Source: Octopus bimaculoides
Lineage: Eukaryota
Reading direction: 5' to 3'
DNA length: 35,276 nt
Assembly (NCBI RefSeq): GCF_001194135.2
Contig: NC_068988.1
Coordinates: 33,344,749-33,380,024, forward strand
Below, in pieces: positions 1-10,705 of the stretch. The position numbers were made by a program, and so were the translations under genes. The notes under the pieces are model-generated. The model had not been told where the DNA came from. It worked only from the letters and a program-made list of their open reading frames with translations, and did no database searches. Each line of letters opens with the position of its first letter. Position 1 is the first letter of the stretch.

Positions 1-38
<38 letters not shown>
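1..38. repeat. (AT)n microsatellite
   Basis: Pure AT dinucleotide run at the window start. Confidence 0.98.
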
Positions 39-40
<2 letters not shown>

Positions 41-42
<2 letters not shown>

Positions 43-200
43 ATTTACTTTACGTAATGAGATTATAAACCAAGACTGTGTGTAATATAGAAAATTTATA
101 AATAGAATGTCTTACAGCTGTTTCCAGGATATTTGTTTTATCCCTTCAGCGGAGAAGGTGGGAGAGGATGATTAAGCAATATTTAGTTTAGTTAAGATAG
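41..200 (-). mobile_element. Penelope-like pLTR/3' end fragment (family B) carrying a hammerhead-like motif
   Basis: Minus strand reads ...TATCTTAACTAAACTAAATATTGCTTAATCATCCTCTCCCACCTTCTCCGCTGAAGGGATAAAACAAATATCCTGGAAACAGCTGTAAGAC...TTTATAAATTTTC...TTGGTTTATAATCTCATT. It aligns by eye to 19470-19580 (+) and 28043-28255 (-). It lies downstream of a GIY-YIG-like remnant on the same strand. Confidence 0.7.
109..155 (-). ncRNA. Degenerate minimal type-I hammerhead-like motif (family B)
   Basis: TCT-CCGCTGA-A-GGGATA-aaacaaa-TATCCT-G-GAAAC-AGCT-GTA-AGA: 3-bp stem I, 6-bp stem II, palindromic ACAGCTGT stem III. The core deviates at U4 and A6. Confidence 0.5.
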
Positions 201-720
201 GAAATACAGAATGAATGTATGGATATTGTATTTGTAAATCCATTATTTAGTCAGAATGGCATACATGTAAGATTCTAATACATTGTGAGTAATATCCAAT
301 TGTTTTTAAGATAGGCCGATGCCTTTGTAAATCCATTATTAAGATTCCAATACATTATGAGTAAAATCCAACAGTCTTTGAAATTGGTCATTCCAAATAC
401 AGAGTTTATACACAGAGTTATTGAATCAAGGGTTCTGTTTAAAGCTGAGGCATTTTGAAAAATAGCCCCAATGTATTCGGTAGAAGTCTTATTTCAAGAA
501 TACAATTCGTGTATAGTCCTGTAAATTATATTGATTCTAGAACGGTTGTGCTAATGAGAACACAGATGTTGTTCGTTACCTGGTACACAATTAATTCTTT
601 ATTCTGTATATTTCTCATTTTGTCTTGCTCTGGTGTTTTGAAAAAATTATTTGTGGAGAACATTATTTTTGTTTGTGGTTGGGTCGTTGGTGACCTCTTT
701 CTAGCATATTGGATGTCCAT
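200..720 (-). mobile_element. Highly decayed Penelope-like GIY-YIG/C-terminal remnant
   Basis: Minus translation KELIVYQVTNN...*FTGLYT... resembles the PLE 'IVYQA...YxGL' GIY-YIG pair. It has stops and frameshifts and a local duplication (about 231-300 vs 325-375), and adjoins the pLTR at 41-200. Confidence 0.45.
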
Positions 721-750
721 TTAGTGGTTATCCCATCTTATACACACATA

Positions 751-751
<1 letters not shown>

Positions 752-826
<75 letters not shown>
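752..826. repeat. Compound (CA)n(TA)n microsatellite
   Basis: Directly visible. Confidence 0.97.
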
Positions 827-1182
827 GTATTAATTAATAAATGGATTTCGTTTTAGAAGTTTCTTAGGTACAACATATGTTTCGACATATATAAGTAAGA
901 CAAAACTCATGGGCATTTTCGCTCAATCCTCTGTTAGATTGGTCGCGCAGTCTTCAGCGAACTCTTGCTAAAACAGGATGCTTTTGTGGTTATGTAACCA
1001 AAGTCTGATCGTCATCGACACGGTATTCTTTCTTTTGTTACAGAATAAATGTGACCGTTTCGCTTGCAGTGTATACCGAACGACCTGCGCAAATAATTTG
1101 TTTATGCTGATTATAAGTTCTTGTCGTACATTAGCTCTCTCTTTCCGTCACATCGACATAGTCTGAACAGATGCACAGTGTT

Positions 1183-1220
1183 ATATATATATATATATAC
1201 ATACATATATATATATATAT
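1183..1220. repeat. (TA)n microsatellite, imperfect
   Basis: Directly visible; abuts the 3' end of the minus-strand hammerhead-bearing element. Confidence 0.95.
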
Positions 1221-1400
1221 GGGAGAATGTATAAAAAACAACAACAGACGAGGACAGGTGGTGTAAATAACAAAAGCATGTATTAGTATGACGCTCGGGA
1301 ATACGGAAAGTCTTTGACGTTTCGAGCTACGCTCTTCAACAGAAAGAATAGGGAGACAAGGAGAAAAACACGGAGAAAAAAAATTGAATAGTGTTCAGTC
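1221..1400 (-). mobile_element. Solo Penelope-like pLTR-type element (family A) carrying a hammerhead motif
   Basis: About 180 bp of complex sequence between microsatellites. It contains a complete minimal hammerhead fold on the minus strand, preceded by a pyrimidine-rich tract. No ORF. Confidence 0.65.
1311..1347 (-). ncRNA. Minimal type-I hammerhead ribozyme motif (family A)
   Basis: Minus strand: TCTTT-CTGTTGA-A-GAGC-gta-GCTC-GAAAC-GTC-AAAGA. Perfect 5-bp stem I, 4-bp stem II, palindromic ACGT in place of stem III, GUC cleavage triplet. Core has A6U plus an extra A after A9. Confidence 0.72.
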
Positions 1401-1409
1401 AACGGTCAA

Positions 1410-1524
1410 TCATAATATAGATATACATATATAGACATATACACACACGCGAGCGCGTGCAGACACGATCACACATTATAAATAAATGCACACGCACGCA
1501 CACACGCACACACACACATACACA

Positions 1525-1605
<81 letters not shown>

Positions 1606-1606
1606 C
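1410..1606. repeat. Compound (CA)n/(TA)n microsatellite tract
   Basis: Directly visible. Confidence 0.93.
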
Positions 1607-1614
1607 GTAGAAGA

Positions 1615-1682
1615 CACGCAGTGAAACTATTCCCTGAACTATGAGGTTAGGAAGCAAGTTTATTACCACCCAGCTACACCTA
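1615..1682 (-). mobile_element. tRNA-derived SINE 5' head fragment
   Basis: Minus: TAGGTGTAGCTGGGTGGTAATAAACTTGCTTCCTAACCTCATAGTTCAGGGAATAGTTTCACTGCG, with an A-box-like TAGCTGGGTGG and a degenerate B-box. Confidence 0.55.
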
Positions 1683-2403
1683 TACCTATAGATATTTATG
1701 TCTGTGTATTTATACATATATATATGTGTGCGTGTGTACGTGTATATGTGTGTGTTTTTGTGTGTATATACCGACATAAATATATATGTAAAGATAGAGA
1801 TAGAGAGACAGACAGACAAACAGACATACAATGATATGTGTCTTTTTGTGTACTTGTTTGTGTCTGTGTATCTCTGAATATATTATTGATGTATGTGTAG
1901 GTATTTAATGGGCGACATGCATATAATTGAACAAAGTTGAAAAACCGCGCTTCAAAAATAAATAAGTAAATTCCTATGAGAGAATAACTTCAGCACAGTT
2001 GGATGACACATCCTTTTATATCAATTTAAATAAAGCATTTGATATCCTTATCAATGGTATAGGTGCCGTTGTATATGCTTAAAATATCCTTCTTAATATC
2101 AACAATTGTACTATGTATAAAATAACGTAAATTGTAAAATAATTACTAATGTGATGCTTAGAACCACAAATAGCAAATTTCAATTCTCATACTAGGACTC
2201 TATTTAAATATTTCGAATCAACGATGTATTTTAGTTGCATTATTAACTTTGTAAACAATGGGGCTAGAAATAGCTAATCGTTAAATTATGTGGCTCTTAC
2301 TATGATTGTATTATATGATACTAGAGTATAACAGCTTGGAAATTCTTATTCAGAATATTATCTAGGCTGGTAAATTTCCATTGCACTATCATTCATAAGA
2401 AGA

Positions 2404-2621
2404 GGGCGGTGAGCTGGCAGAATTCTTAGCACGCCAGGCAAAATGCTTAGCGCATTCCGTTCGTCTTTACGTTTTGAGTTCAAATTCCGCTGTGAGGGAC
2501 CTAATCTTTCGTGCCTTCACGGTTGTTATCTAAGAAACACTAGTGCTAGTGCCGATGTAATCAACTATCTCCCTGCTCCAAAATTTCAGGACGTGTGCTT
2601 TTAGTAGGAAGGATTATTATT
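2404..2621 (+). mobile_element. tRNA-derived SINE (Nin/Deu-type core, cephalopod-like family 1)
   Basis: GGCGGTGAGCTGGCAGAA A-box head, GAGTTCAAATTCCG B-box, core ...CTTTCGTGCCTTC...GATGTAATCAAC, tail AAATTTCAGG...TAGTAGGAAGGATTATT. Homologous to 13856-14070 and 30188-30345. Confidence 0.85.
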
Positions 2622-3903
2622 CGTAAAACAGTTAGTAGAAGAGAGGTTGTACCGATGATATATACATTGTTCCTATCGAGTATCATTATAGACGTTCTAG
2701 AAATGACCACGTTCAACTAATGAATTTTATTGACAAGAATATAGTCATCTAATCTCTTATGCTAGATTCTACCACCGCATATACTAAATATGTTCTAGTA
2801 AGTATACTGCTTTCTTAAATATTCAGCGTGTATGAGTTGTATATTACACTGGTTAGTGGTATTAAGTTACGAATAATAACCACTAGGAAAATATTCCCAT
2901 ATGTTAGCCCCTTTGCCATTCATGTATTCCATTATATATTTTGCAGTAATTTCAACATTTCTGTTTAACCGTATTTGTATTAATGTGAATCATTTACATA
3001 ACTTTCACTGTGTTCTGTCAAATTAAATAGAAAATCATTATTGAATTAAATAAGATATGAAATATAACAATATCTTTCTATTAGTGTAATTATATATTAT
3101 ACTCTAAAACACGATATAATTGTCTTGCAGTAGACGTCTGCAAAAACAATAAACTTCGTATATCATAGTACTACGATGAATGTCTTATTTGAAAGTCTTT
3201 CTAATGGCTTTCAATCGAAACAATTGTTTATGGCTCACTAGAAAATATAATGACTTCATTAACACAACGGGTTGTGCTATAACATTAAAAAGTATTTCTT
3301 TAAGTATTTATACATAATTAGTAAAATCAACTCCATTGCTGGTATTCAAATTAGAGCCATGAATATGAATTTACGTTTCAAGATCATAAAACCCTTGGTA
3401 TATTATTGTTCCGTGGCGCTTGAAGCAACAATATAACACGTAATGCTGTGATATTCAACCACTGCGTCTTTCCAAGAATATAGAATGACTACGGCTTAAT
3501 TGAACATTAGGGTGTGCGCATCAGTATGAGGCTAGCCTTACGTTTGGCCTCTTTCAAACAATATTTCAGGCCTTTTCTCGGTAACGAGTATATAGTGTTT
3601 CCTATATGAAACAATTGCAGATCTCATACTTCGGATTTAACAGAAACACGATATTGTTTTCTTTTCTTGTCCTATTTTTAAGTTTTCTAGACGAAAGAAA
3701 ACTTAAATAGTATATAAATTGGTTGAATCATAACGGAATCATATTTCCGTGTATATATTTTATCTCGTGGCATATGATAATTTAAATACTAACGTAAAAA
3801 AAAACTTGCAAAGTATAATCAGAAACCTATAACATGACTAGCAACACAAATAAAGCTTATGAAAGTTATATCAAACTATGTGCCACGCCATACAATATAT
3901 GTA

Positions 3904-4124
3904 TCTTTTCAGAACGCCATCGTTTCTTTCTTTACTTAAGAAAATGTCGAAACACTTGTCATTGTCATACTGGGAGCACTGTTTCTTTCAAACGTCATTC
4001 TTACAGCTTTCTGATACACTCAGCCATGCCGTGTTGGTGTTTAAAAAACCGTACGTTTTCCAAAGCCTGAAAATAGACATGATGCATTGTTTTATAAGTT
4101 GCAGCAGAGAAGCCAGTCAGAAGT
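3904..4124. repeat. Local 221-bp direct duplication, copy 1 (probable donor)
   Basis: Identical to 5079-5299 except for 6 substitutions (offset 1175). Confidence 0.97.
4001..4066 (-). other. Candidate terminal coding exon ALENVRFFKHQHGMAECIRKL*
   Basis: Acceptor tgtctattttcag|GCT. Three of the five substitutions versus the duplicate in this interval are synonymous in this frame. Protein not recognised. Confidence 0.25.
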
Positions 4125-4252
4125 ATTTGTGTGTGTGCATATTTGTATCTTCCATCAAAGTGTACTTACCTATACACTTGCATACGCAAACACTTCTCAA
4201 TGAATCTCCACGGTTACTCTATCCGTAACACCGGGCTATCTTTCTGTTCCAG

Positions 4253-4341
4253 GCACTAGACGCTATATCTCACTATTCTCTTTCAAACAATCTCCGCATT
4301 TATAAATTATGTCATGGAGACAGCGAAATATTGCCGCATTG
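4253..4341 (+). other. Candidate internal exon (89 nt; ALDAISHYSLSNNLRIYKLCHGDSEILPH)
   Basis: Strong acceptor tctttctgttccag|G and donor TG|GTATGA; one frame fully open. No recognisable homology. Confidence 0.3.
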
Positions 4342-4455
4342 GTATGAGCCCCAGAATGTGCTATTCATAGTATTTATTATGAGATACAAAGAGAGATAAA
4401 TCTTATAGATATACACATGTGTGCATGTGTACTTATTCATATATATATACATACA

Positions 4456-4491
<36 letters not shown>

Positions 4492-4529
4492 CAAACACAC
4501 ACACGCACCCACACATATATCAATATATA

Positions 4530-5850
4530 CAAGCATATCTCAAATTACGTCGGTTTTTGCTACCAATACTAGCGACATAACTCTAAAAACGACGTAATTC
4601 GATAAACATATACAATATAAATATTATTGAAATTCGTTCAAGAAAGACTTCCAGTCGCTATAATATGCTTTACTTTTCTAACATGTGAGTAAAAATTAAT
4701 TAATATTAATGATAATGTTAAGAATTTTAAAAGAAATCTAAAATTTGAAAGAAGATAGTTGAGTCGACAGAAGTGGAAACTGGAGTACAAGCATGGATGA
4801 GAATAATTCCAATTCAAGCCATCGACTTTCGATGTGGATTAGGAACTAGTTTAATATGTTTTGAATGGATTTACGATTCTTGTCATTAAGAATAACTCCA
4901 TAAGAATGAATCCCTTTACATTAAGTAAAACGTTCAGTATTAAGGTTACTCTACTCCAAAATGTCCAGTGATTTCTCCACTTCCTTTTCATGAAGCTCTA
5001 TAAAATCTTCATATGTGAGCTGTTGCTTGTTGACAACAATTAATGTATGTAATTCCTCCTATCAACATTTTCTTGGATTCTTTTCAGAACGCCATCGTTT
5101 CTTTCTTTACTTAAGAAAATGTCGAAACACTTGTCATTGTCATACTGGGAGCACTGTTTCTTTCAAACGTCATTCTTATAGCTTTCTGATACACTCAGTC
5201 ATGCCGTGTTGGTGTTTAAAATATCGTACATTTTCCAAAGCCTGAAAATAGACATGATGCATTGTTTTATAGGTTGCAGCAGAGAAGCCAGTCAGAAGTT
5301 TTGTATACGAGGATAATATTAGAATGATAGTCATCGACGTTTGCGGTTGGTCAGAAGCGTTGTGTAAAAGAATATTTTCGCTTCTTTATTGTTAGAACTA
5401 AATATTTGTAAAACAAATCTTACAATATGTCGACCGTCACCCGGACCTTGGTATTTGACATCCATAATCCTGGTAGCGATATTTTGGAGATGTTCTTAAA
5501 TGCTCTTGAATTTTTTCCCATAATAAATTAAGAAATACTTTAACTTGTAATTTCCTGATAAATTGCATCTCCACATAGTATTGAGATAAATTTTATAGAC
5601 TTGAAACAAGGTACAGACTTTCTCCTCTTTAGCTTTGATTGACCAGTCTCATATATATAGACAATTTGCTAGTGGACAAAACTATGATTTTCGTCAATGC
5701 TGCAGTAACTCGGCCTTTGCTACGGTGACCTCTGATGTATTTCTACGTTGAACTTTTACGTAATGAAAATCGTGTCGTCGATTGAATCATATAAACGATC
5801 CTCAACTTGCTTCGAAATATTCTGGCAGGTCATCAGACTCCCTAGTTGTA
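4530..5850 (-). mobile_element. pogo/Tigger-like DNA transposon remnant, internally deleted and interrupted by the 221-bp duplicate
   Basis: Minus translations with stops and frameshifts: FEAS*GSFI*FNRRHDFHYVKV; AKEEK...CNLSGNYKLKYFLIY; RAFKNISKISLPGLWMSNTKVRVT..IL*DLF; ILLHNASDQP; DDYHSNIILVY; then after the insert EELHTLI...LTYEDFIELHEKE and VPNPHR. These match Tigger DDE_1 and C-terminal motifs. The 3' TIR-like end CAAGCATATCTCAAATTACGTCGG at 4530 is preceded by TA. Confidence 0.85.
5079..5299. repeat. Local 221-bp direct duplication, copy 2 (inside the Tigger remnant)
   Basis: About 97% identical to 3904-4124; Tigger homology on both sides. Confidence 0.97.
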
Positions 5851-6000
5851 AGTTAATGACATAGTCTAGAATTTCTTACAAAAAAAAAATAATACCTCAT
5901 ACTAAGACTAATAAACTTCCATACTAAGACAAATAAAATTAAGTACTGCAAAAAATTCAATGTAAAGTGGGCAAGTAGTATCTCATGCATATGTGTTTTA

Positions 6001-6440
6001 TCATCCGGCCCTCTCCAACTTGAAAATGGTATGATGCGGCCTTAGTTGACGAAAAGTTGTCCATCCCTGTTCGACGTGTTCACTTAAAAGTATTTGTCTA
6101 TACCTCGGGAAGCGGATCACTTCCCTATGTAGTGTGATTCTCCATCTAAGTGACATGCTTTTCTGTTCTAAATAGTTGTGTCCACGACCTGAACAAGTTA
6201 TAGCATAAATTAAATTCTTTGATGCACAAGTGAAGTTCGTCTTTATGGCGAACCTCTTTCCTTCGTTGAATCGGAATTCCGTGCCTTCCAGTAGGTTGTA
6301 GCATGTTCCACAGTTTGGATAACCACATTTTTTAACCATTGGTTTCGTGGTTGTTGTGTAAAGCTTTGCATTTTTCATTAGTCTTTTCTGCGATTTGGGT
6401 TGGTTTTTACATAGCTTTTTTTACATTCAGCGAGTTGAGT
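6001..6440 (-). mobile_element. Penelope-like GIY-YIG endonuclease remnant
   Basis: QPKSQKRLMKNAKL...KCGYPNCGTC...FTCASKNLIYAITCSGRGHNYLEQ...LRWRITLHR: PLE CxxxxCxxC linker and 'TC.S.N.IY.I.C...Y.GQT..LR.R...H' GIY-YIG signature. Confidence 0.88.
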
Positions 6441-6534
6441 TGCTTTTTACACACGAGCAAGATAATTAATGAAGCCTGCAAACAATCAGCAGGCAAATAC
6501 ATAAATATCCTAGCGCCAGAAAATTTAAAGTTAT

Positions 6535-6790
6535 AACCCATTATAGCTGGCCCAGCATCTGAAACCCACCGCCTAAGCAACTAGATATCCCATTGAAAAC
6601 CTTGCTGAAATACATCAAATATTTCTTTAGAGACGATAAAGATATGCTTAAGCTCCTGCGAAAAACAACTAATGAAGAGACATTTTTGTTTTCTTTCGAT
6701 GTTATTAATCTTTACACCAATACCTCACATGACTATGGAATATAAACAATAGAATTCTGGCTGTTAAAGTACCCGAAGAACTTCCAGAAT
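6535..6790 (+). mobile_element. Penelope-like reverse transcriptase fragment
   Basis: PIIAGPASETHRLSN...LLKYIKYFFRDDKDML...LFSFDVINLYTNTSHDYGI*TIEFWL: PLE RT motifs (RPIxAGP, RD, SFDVxxLYTNI). Confidence 0.88.
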
Positions 6791-7129
6791 GCATATGTGT
6801 GTTTGCGCAATATAGATAACATTACAGTGAAAATATTTGCGTGGATATATATCAGGTTATTGGGATGTTCAACGAATGGAATTCCTTATACAGAAGGTCG
6901 GTGAGCCTAGATAAGCAATGCCAAATCTTCTAGTATAGACAGGAGGCATACGAACTTTTGGAAAATATGAACTATGGAAAACATAGTTCGCTCAAAATTA
7001 GATCGCAGCGTCCTATTGTAATCGACGGAAGAAGTGAAAAAAGTTGACCTTTTCTTGGAAGGGCGATAGGGTGGTTGTCCACAGTAAATAGGATGCGCCT
7101 TGTAAGACTCTGGACGCGCGGCCTGGAGT

Positions 7130-8537
7130 GAGTTGCGTATTACCTGTATCTACAAAACCACATACATTTCGCATTTCACTCAACATATTTTCTTCCATAC
7201 ACTTTTGCATATACTTGCAAGCACTCTCAGTCGTCTCCTTTATTTTATACAAATGCATCTTCACACTTGCAACTCAAACTTTCCCACTCACATACTTGCA
7301 TACTTCCTGACCGCTACGTTTTACTTAACAACTGTATTTCAGAACATCTTTGCACACCACTCACGTACACAGATTCATACATACACACGCACCTACTCGT
7401 ACCCAAATGTTCTTCCTTGTCTAACTTATACTGCTTTCTCTTCAATCTTCTTTATAAAGGGTTTCATTTCCCTAAGTCATATTTCCCACCACCTGATTGT
7501 TCTATCTGTTCAAAGCCACATATTCGCACTAAACTCTGTGGTTTGTCAATTTTCCTCTCGCAGCAGATTGAAAACTTTCGCCATTTTGTAATCTCAGCAT
7601 GTTAAGTTTTTCAGGGCTTTCTCTTTTTCTCCTTTTCCGTTATAAACGATTTACTATCCGCTGCATGCTTATAGATCAATCGGTTACCCTTCTAACTGCA
7701 ACACTGTACGCTTTGTTTTCATCTGCTCCTCACCATAATATGGATATTTCTGTTCCAGCCGGAATTTGCACTTGAGCACTACACTGGACATTATACAGCC
7801 ATTGCATTTTAGTTATTTATATAATTTTATCATTTTTCGTCAAGTTTTCTCATACGTTTATCTTATTCTCCTCTCTTTTCTCTTTCTCCTTGAACTCATT
7901 TCAACATTTTTTCAACTTTTTCGTTTCTCTCTGTTGCGAAATTGTTTTCTTTTATTCTTCCTTTCGTTTATACGCTTTGTTTTGAATTTTGTACGTTCTT
8001 TTGACGCCTCCCTCGTATCTCAGTTACTTTCTTCTTTCTCAGAGCCTCTTTCTTTTCTGGTGTTGTATTCTACACTCTTTTACTTCTCTTGTTTCATAGG
8101 TTTCTTTTATATTTGAGCACATGACACCCATAACCGTACATACCCTTATATATATCATACACTGATACTTCTCGTCTTACAATTTCCAACACAATCCCGC
8201 CCATTGAAACCTACTTAATCTTACGATTTCCTCGCCCACGTTTAATGTTTATACACAAATATCACTGTCCAGTAAACCAGATCACCATAATCCCATATAT
8301 ACAGGCGCCAACAATGATACATTATTACCAGAAAATATATGAAGCCATCTTCATTTTGCCCACCACAAGTTACAGACTCCTACATACATGTCATTATACC
8401 TATCTTAACTCCTCGTGTAGAACCACAGTCCCACCTAGTCCCTAATCCCTCCATCAATTTTCACCTGCTTAATCGCCTCTTCATTTTGCTTTTGTTCATT
8501 GCCTTCACAGTATCTCTTTTATGGACGCAAATGAGGG

Positions 8538-8545
<8 letters not shown>
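7130..8545. other. Strand-asymmetric (G-poor on +) complex tract, probably a decayed retroelement
   Basis: Strong C/T/A bias on +, no long credible ORF, faint resemblance to PLE N-terminal motifs (..NLLYKGF..). Family not assignable. Confidence 0.25.
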
Positions 8546-8570
<25 letters not shown>

Positions 8571-9069
8571 NNNNNNNNNNNNNNNNNNNNNNNNNNNNNN
8601 NNNNNNNNNNNNNNNNNNNNNNNNNNNNNNNNNNNNNNNNNNNNNNNNNNNNNNNNNNNNNNNNNNNNNNNNNNNNNNNNNNNNNNNNNNNNNNNNNNNN
8701 NNNNNNTATATACATATGTATACCTATAAGGAGTGCAACACATACAAATAACAGGAAAGATGATACATCAATGATGAATTTGAATTGAAGGATCGAAATG
8801 GAAAATAAAACACACAGTGAAAATCTCGTCTCATCATATTGGCAACTTCAGGGTTAATAGGAGAATGAATGTTCAGTGTAAACTGTTATTCAAAAGTTTT
8901 CGAAAATACAACCCATACAAGTTTTTGTATTCTTACAAGCAGTTGATTCTATGAGACAGACAGAACGGAGTTTCAAACCTCGACAACAAAACAACTGCTC
9001 CAAAAGGAACTTAGTTTAGCAAACCATATGTAACCGTCACCAGCAGTGACTTATGTATGATAATCACCA

Positions 9070-9187
9070 CCATCGCTTGACAATCGGTGTTGGTGTGTTT
9101 ACCAACATATCGGTATTGATGCAATGTTATCGACTAAACGCTTCAAGGTGGTGCCCTCACATGCTTTCAATCCAGTGACTTAAACAA
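9070..9187 (+). mobile_element. SINE 3' fragment
   Basis: ...AATCGGTGTTGGTGTGTTTAC...TCGACTAAA...CAAGGTGGTGCCC...CATG...CAGTGACTTAAACAA resembles cephalopod SINE 3' regions (recalled pattern, not verified). Confidence 0.5.
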
Positions 9188-9237
9188 TTGAATTGTTTGA
9201 TAACAGTATTAAAGGTTTACAACTATGTGAAGCACAT

Positions 9238-9291
9238 GGTAATGGTGTCAATAAGACCCAAATGTATCAGGTAATGCTGAGTAAGTGCTAT
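9238..9291 (+). repeat. Short dispersed repeat, copy 1 of 2
   Basis: GGTAATGGTGTCAATAAGACCCAAA...CAGGTAATGCTGAGTAAGTGCTAT matches 19338-19392. Confidence 0.85.
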
Positions 9292-9443
9292 CGATGGTTC
9301 ATGATAACATAGGCAATTTACACAAATATATTCATCTAGGAATGTTTCCATGAGAAGCGTACGCTCCAATACTCTTCCTCATATAAACAGATGTACACGA
9401 CAACACATCTGAAACTTTCATTGTTTGCGTTTACTTCCTTCAG

Positions 9444-9483
9444 TTTCGTAAAGGAGATCTGACCGTTTTTCTAGCTGTGAACT
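9444..9483 (+). other. Candidate 40-nt exon (FRKGDLTVFLAVN)
   Basis: Acceptor tttacttccttcag| and donor T|GTATGA; only one frame open. Confidence 0.25.
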
Positions 9484-10582
9484 GTATGATATCGAATGCT
9501 ACATAATAATATTTTAATCTATTTCCGATTGATATAGTATACTTGTAAATGACGGACATTTTTATAAATGTTTATTTTGAAAATGAATTTTAAGCAAGTA
9601 ATTTCTGGAACAGTGCATCTCGAAGCACATAAAGCTATAAATAATAGTACATAAATAATTGGGGAAAGCTAATACTTATATGCAGTTTTCTATCCAAAAA
9701 TAGTGCTTGGCTTTCAAACCAATATTTATATGCTAATATGTATATCCACATGGGCTTCAAGAGTCGTTTTTCTAGAATAGAAACGAATTATTTCACGCTC
9801 ACCCGAAGGTTTATAAATTTTCTCATATTAATACTATAACTCAGATTTGAAAATATATTTCAAACGCAACGAGAAATTGAAGAGGGATCCTCAAGATTCA
9901 ACGCATAAAAATCAACCTCTTCATCCTGCATCTGGAGAGGATTCCTTTGTTTCATCACAAATTCAGAAATTTCGGAAATGCAGACATCATTTTGTTTACA
10001 AGAAGCTACATAACGCAGTTATGAGACCAATGATGCATAGCTGAAATTATTAGTTTTCGTGTTATTATTTTAAATCGTTATTTTACCAAGTAAGTTACTC
10101 TGATGATAACTTAAATTTCATTACCAGACATATAGTCATAATTTTCTTTTGCGAATTGAATAATAACTCTCTAACGATTGGCATACTTCAATAATTTCTG
10201 GTTTCTTGCATTAAGAGAAGTAAAAAAAATAAATAAATGACGTGAAAATTGGAAATGTTTTCGTTATCCTGCTAAAGTTTTTAGACATATATACTCCAAT
10301 TAAAGCAATGTTTTAGTAAACCTTGCGTCTAAGTGTAGACGCGCAATAAGTTTTTATGTCTCCTCTTTATTCTTCCCAATATATAGATTACAAGTAGTTT
10401 CATTTAAAACTCTGACAAACATTACCAAGGAGATTGTAGACAAAATGACATTTATTGTGTTTAGTTTGCTATGAAAGCCAAACCAGAAAACTGAACTGAT
10501 CAATAAAAGCATTAATCTGTTCGAAATAAATAGAACACATAGATAATGATAATGTACATGATTATGTTTCTCTTATCGTGTT

Positions 10583-10617
10583 GATGATGGTGGTTATGAT
10601 GATAATGATGATGATAA

Positions 10618-10655
<38 letters not shown>

Positions 10656-10705
10656 GGAGGAGGAGGAGGAGGAGGAGGAGGAGGAGGTGGTGGAGGAGGA
10701 GGAGA
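10583..10705. repeat. Compound (GAT)n(GAG)n trinucleotide microsatellite
   Basis: Directly visible. Confidence 0.97.

Noticed and set aside
900-1170. CpG-richer segment with a strong + acceptor near 1043
   Set aside because: All frames close quickly and there is no donor; cannot distinguish promoter, UTR or TE fragment.
4950-5060. Minus-strand 'exon' LTYEDFIELHEKEVEKSLDILE*
   Set aside because: Better explained as the Tigger transposase C-terminus.
5800-5840. CTGATGA...CGAAGC on the minus strand as a hammerhead
   Set aside because: No stem II or stem I pairing and GAAG instead of GAAA; it lies in Tigger transposase sequence.
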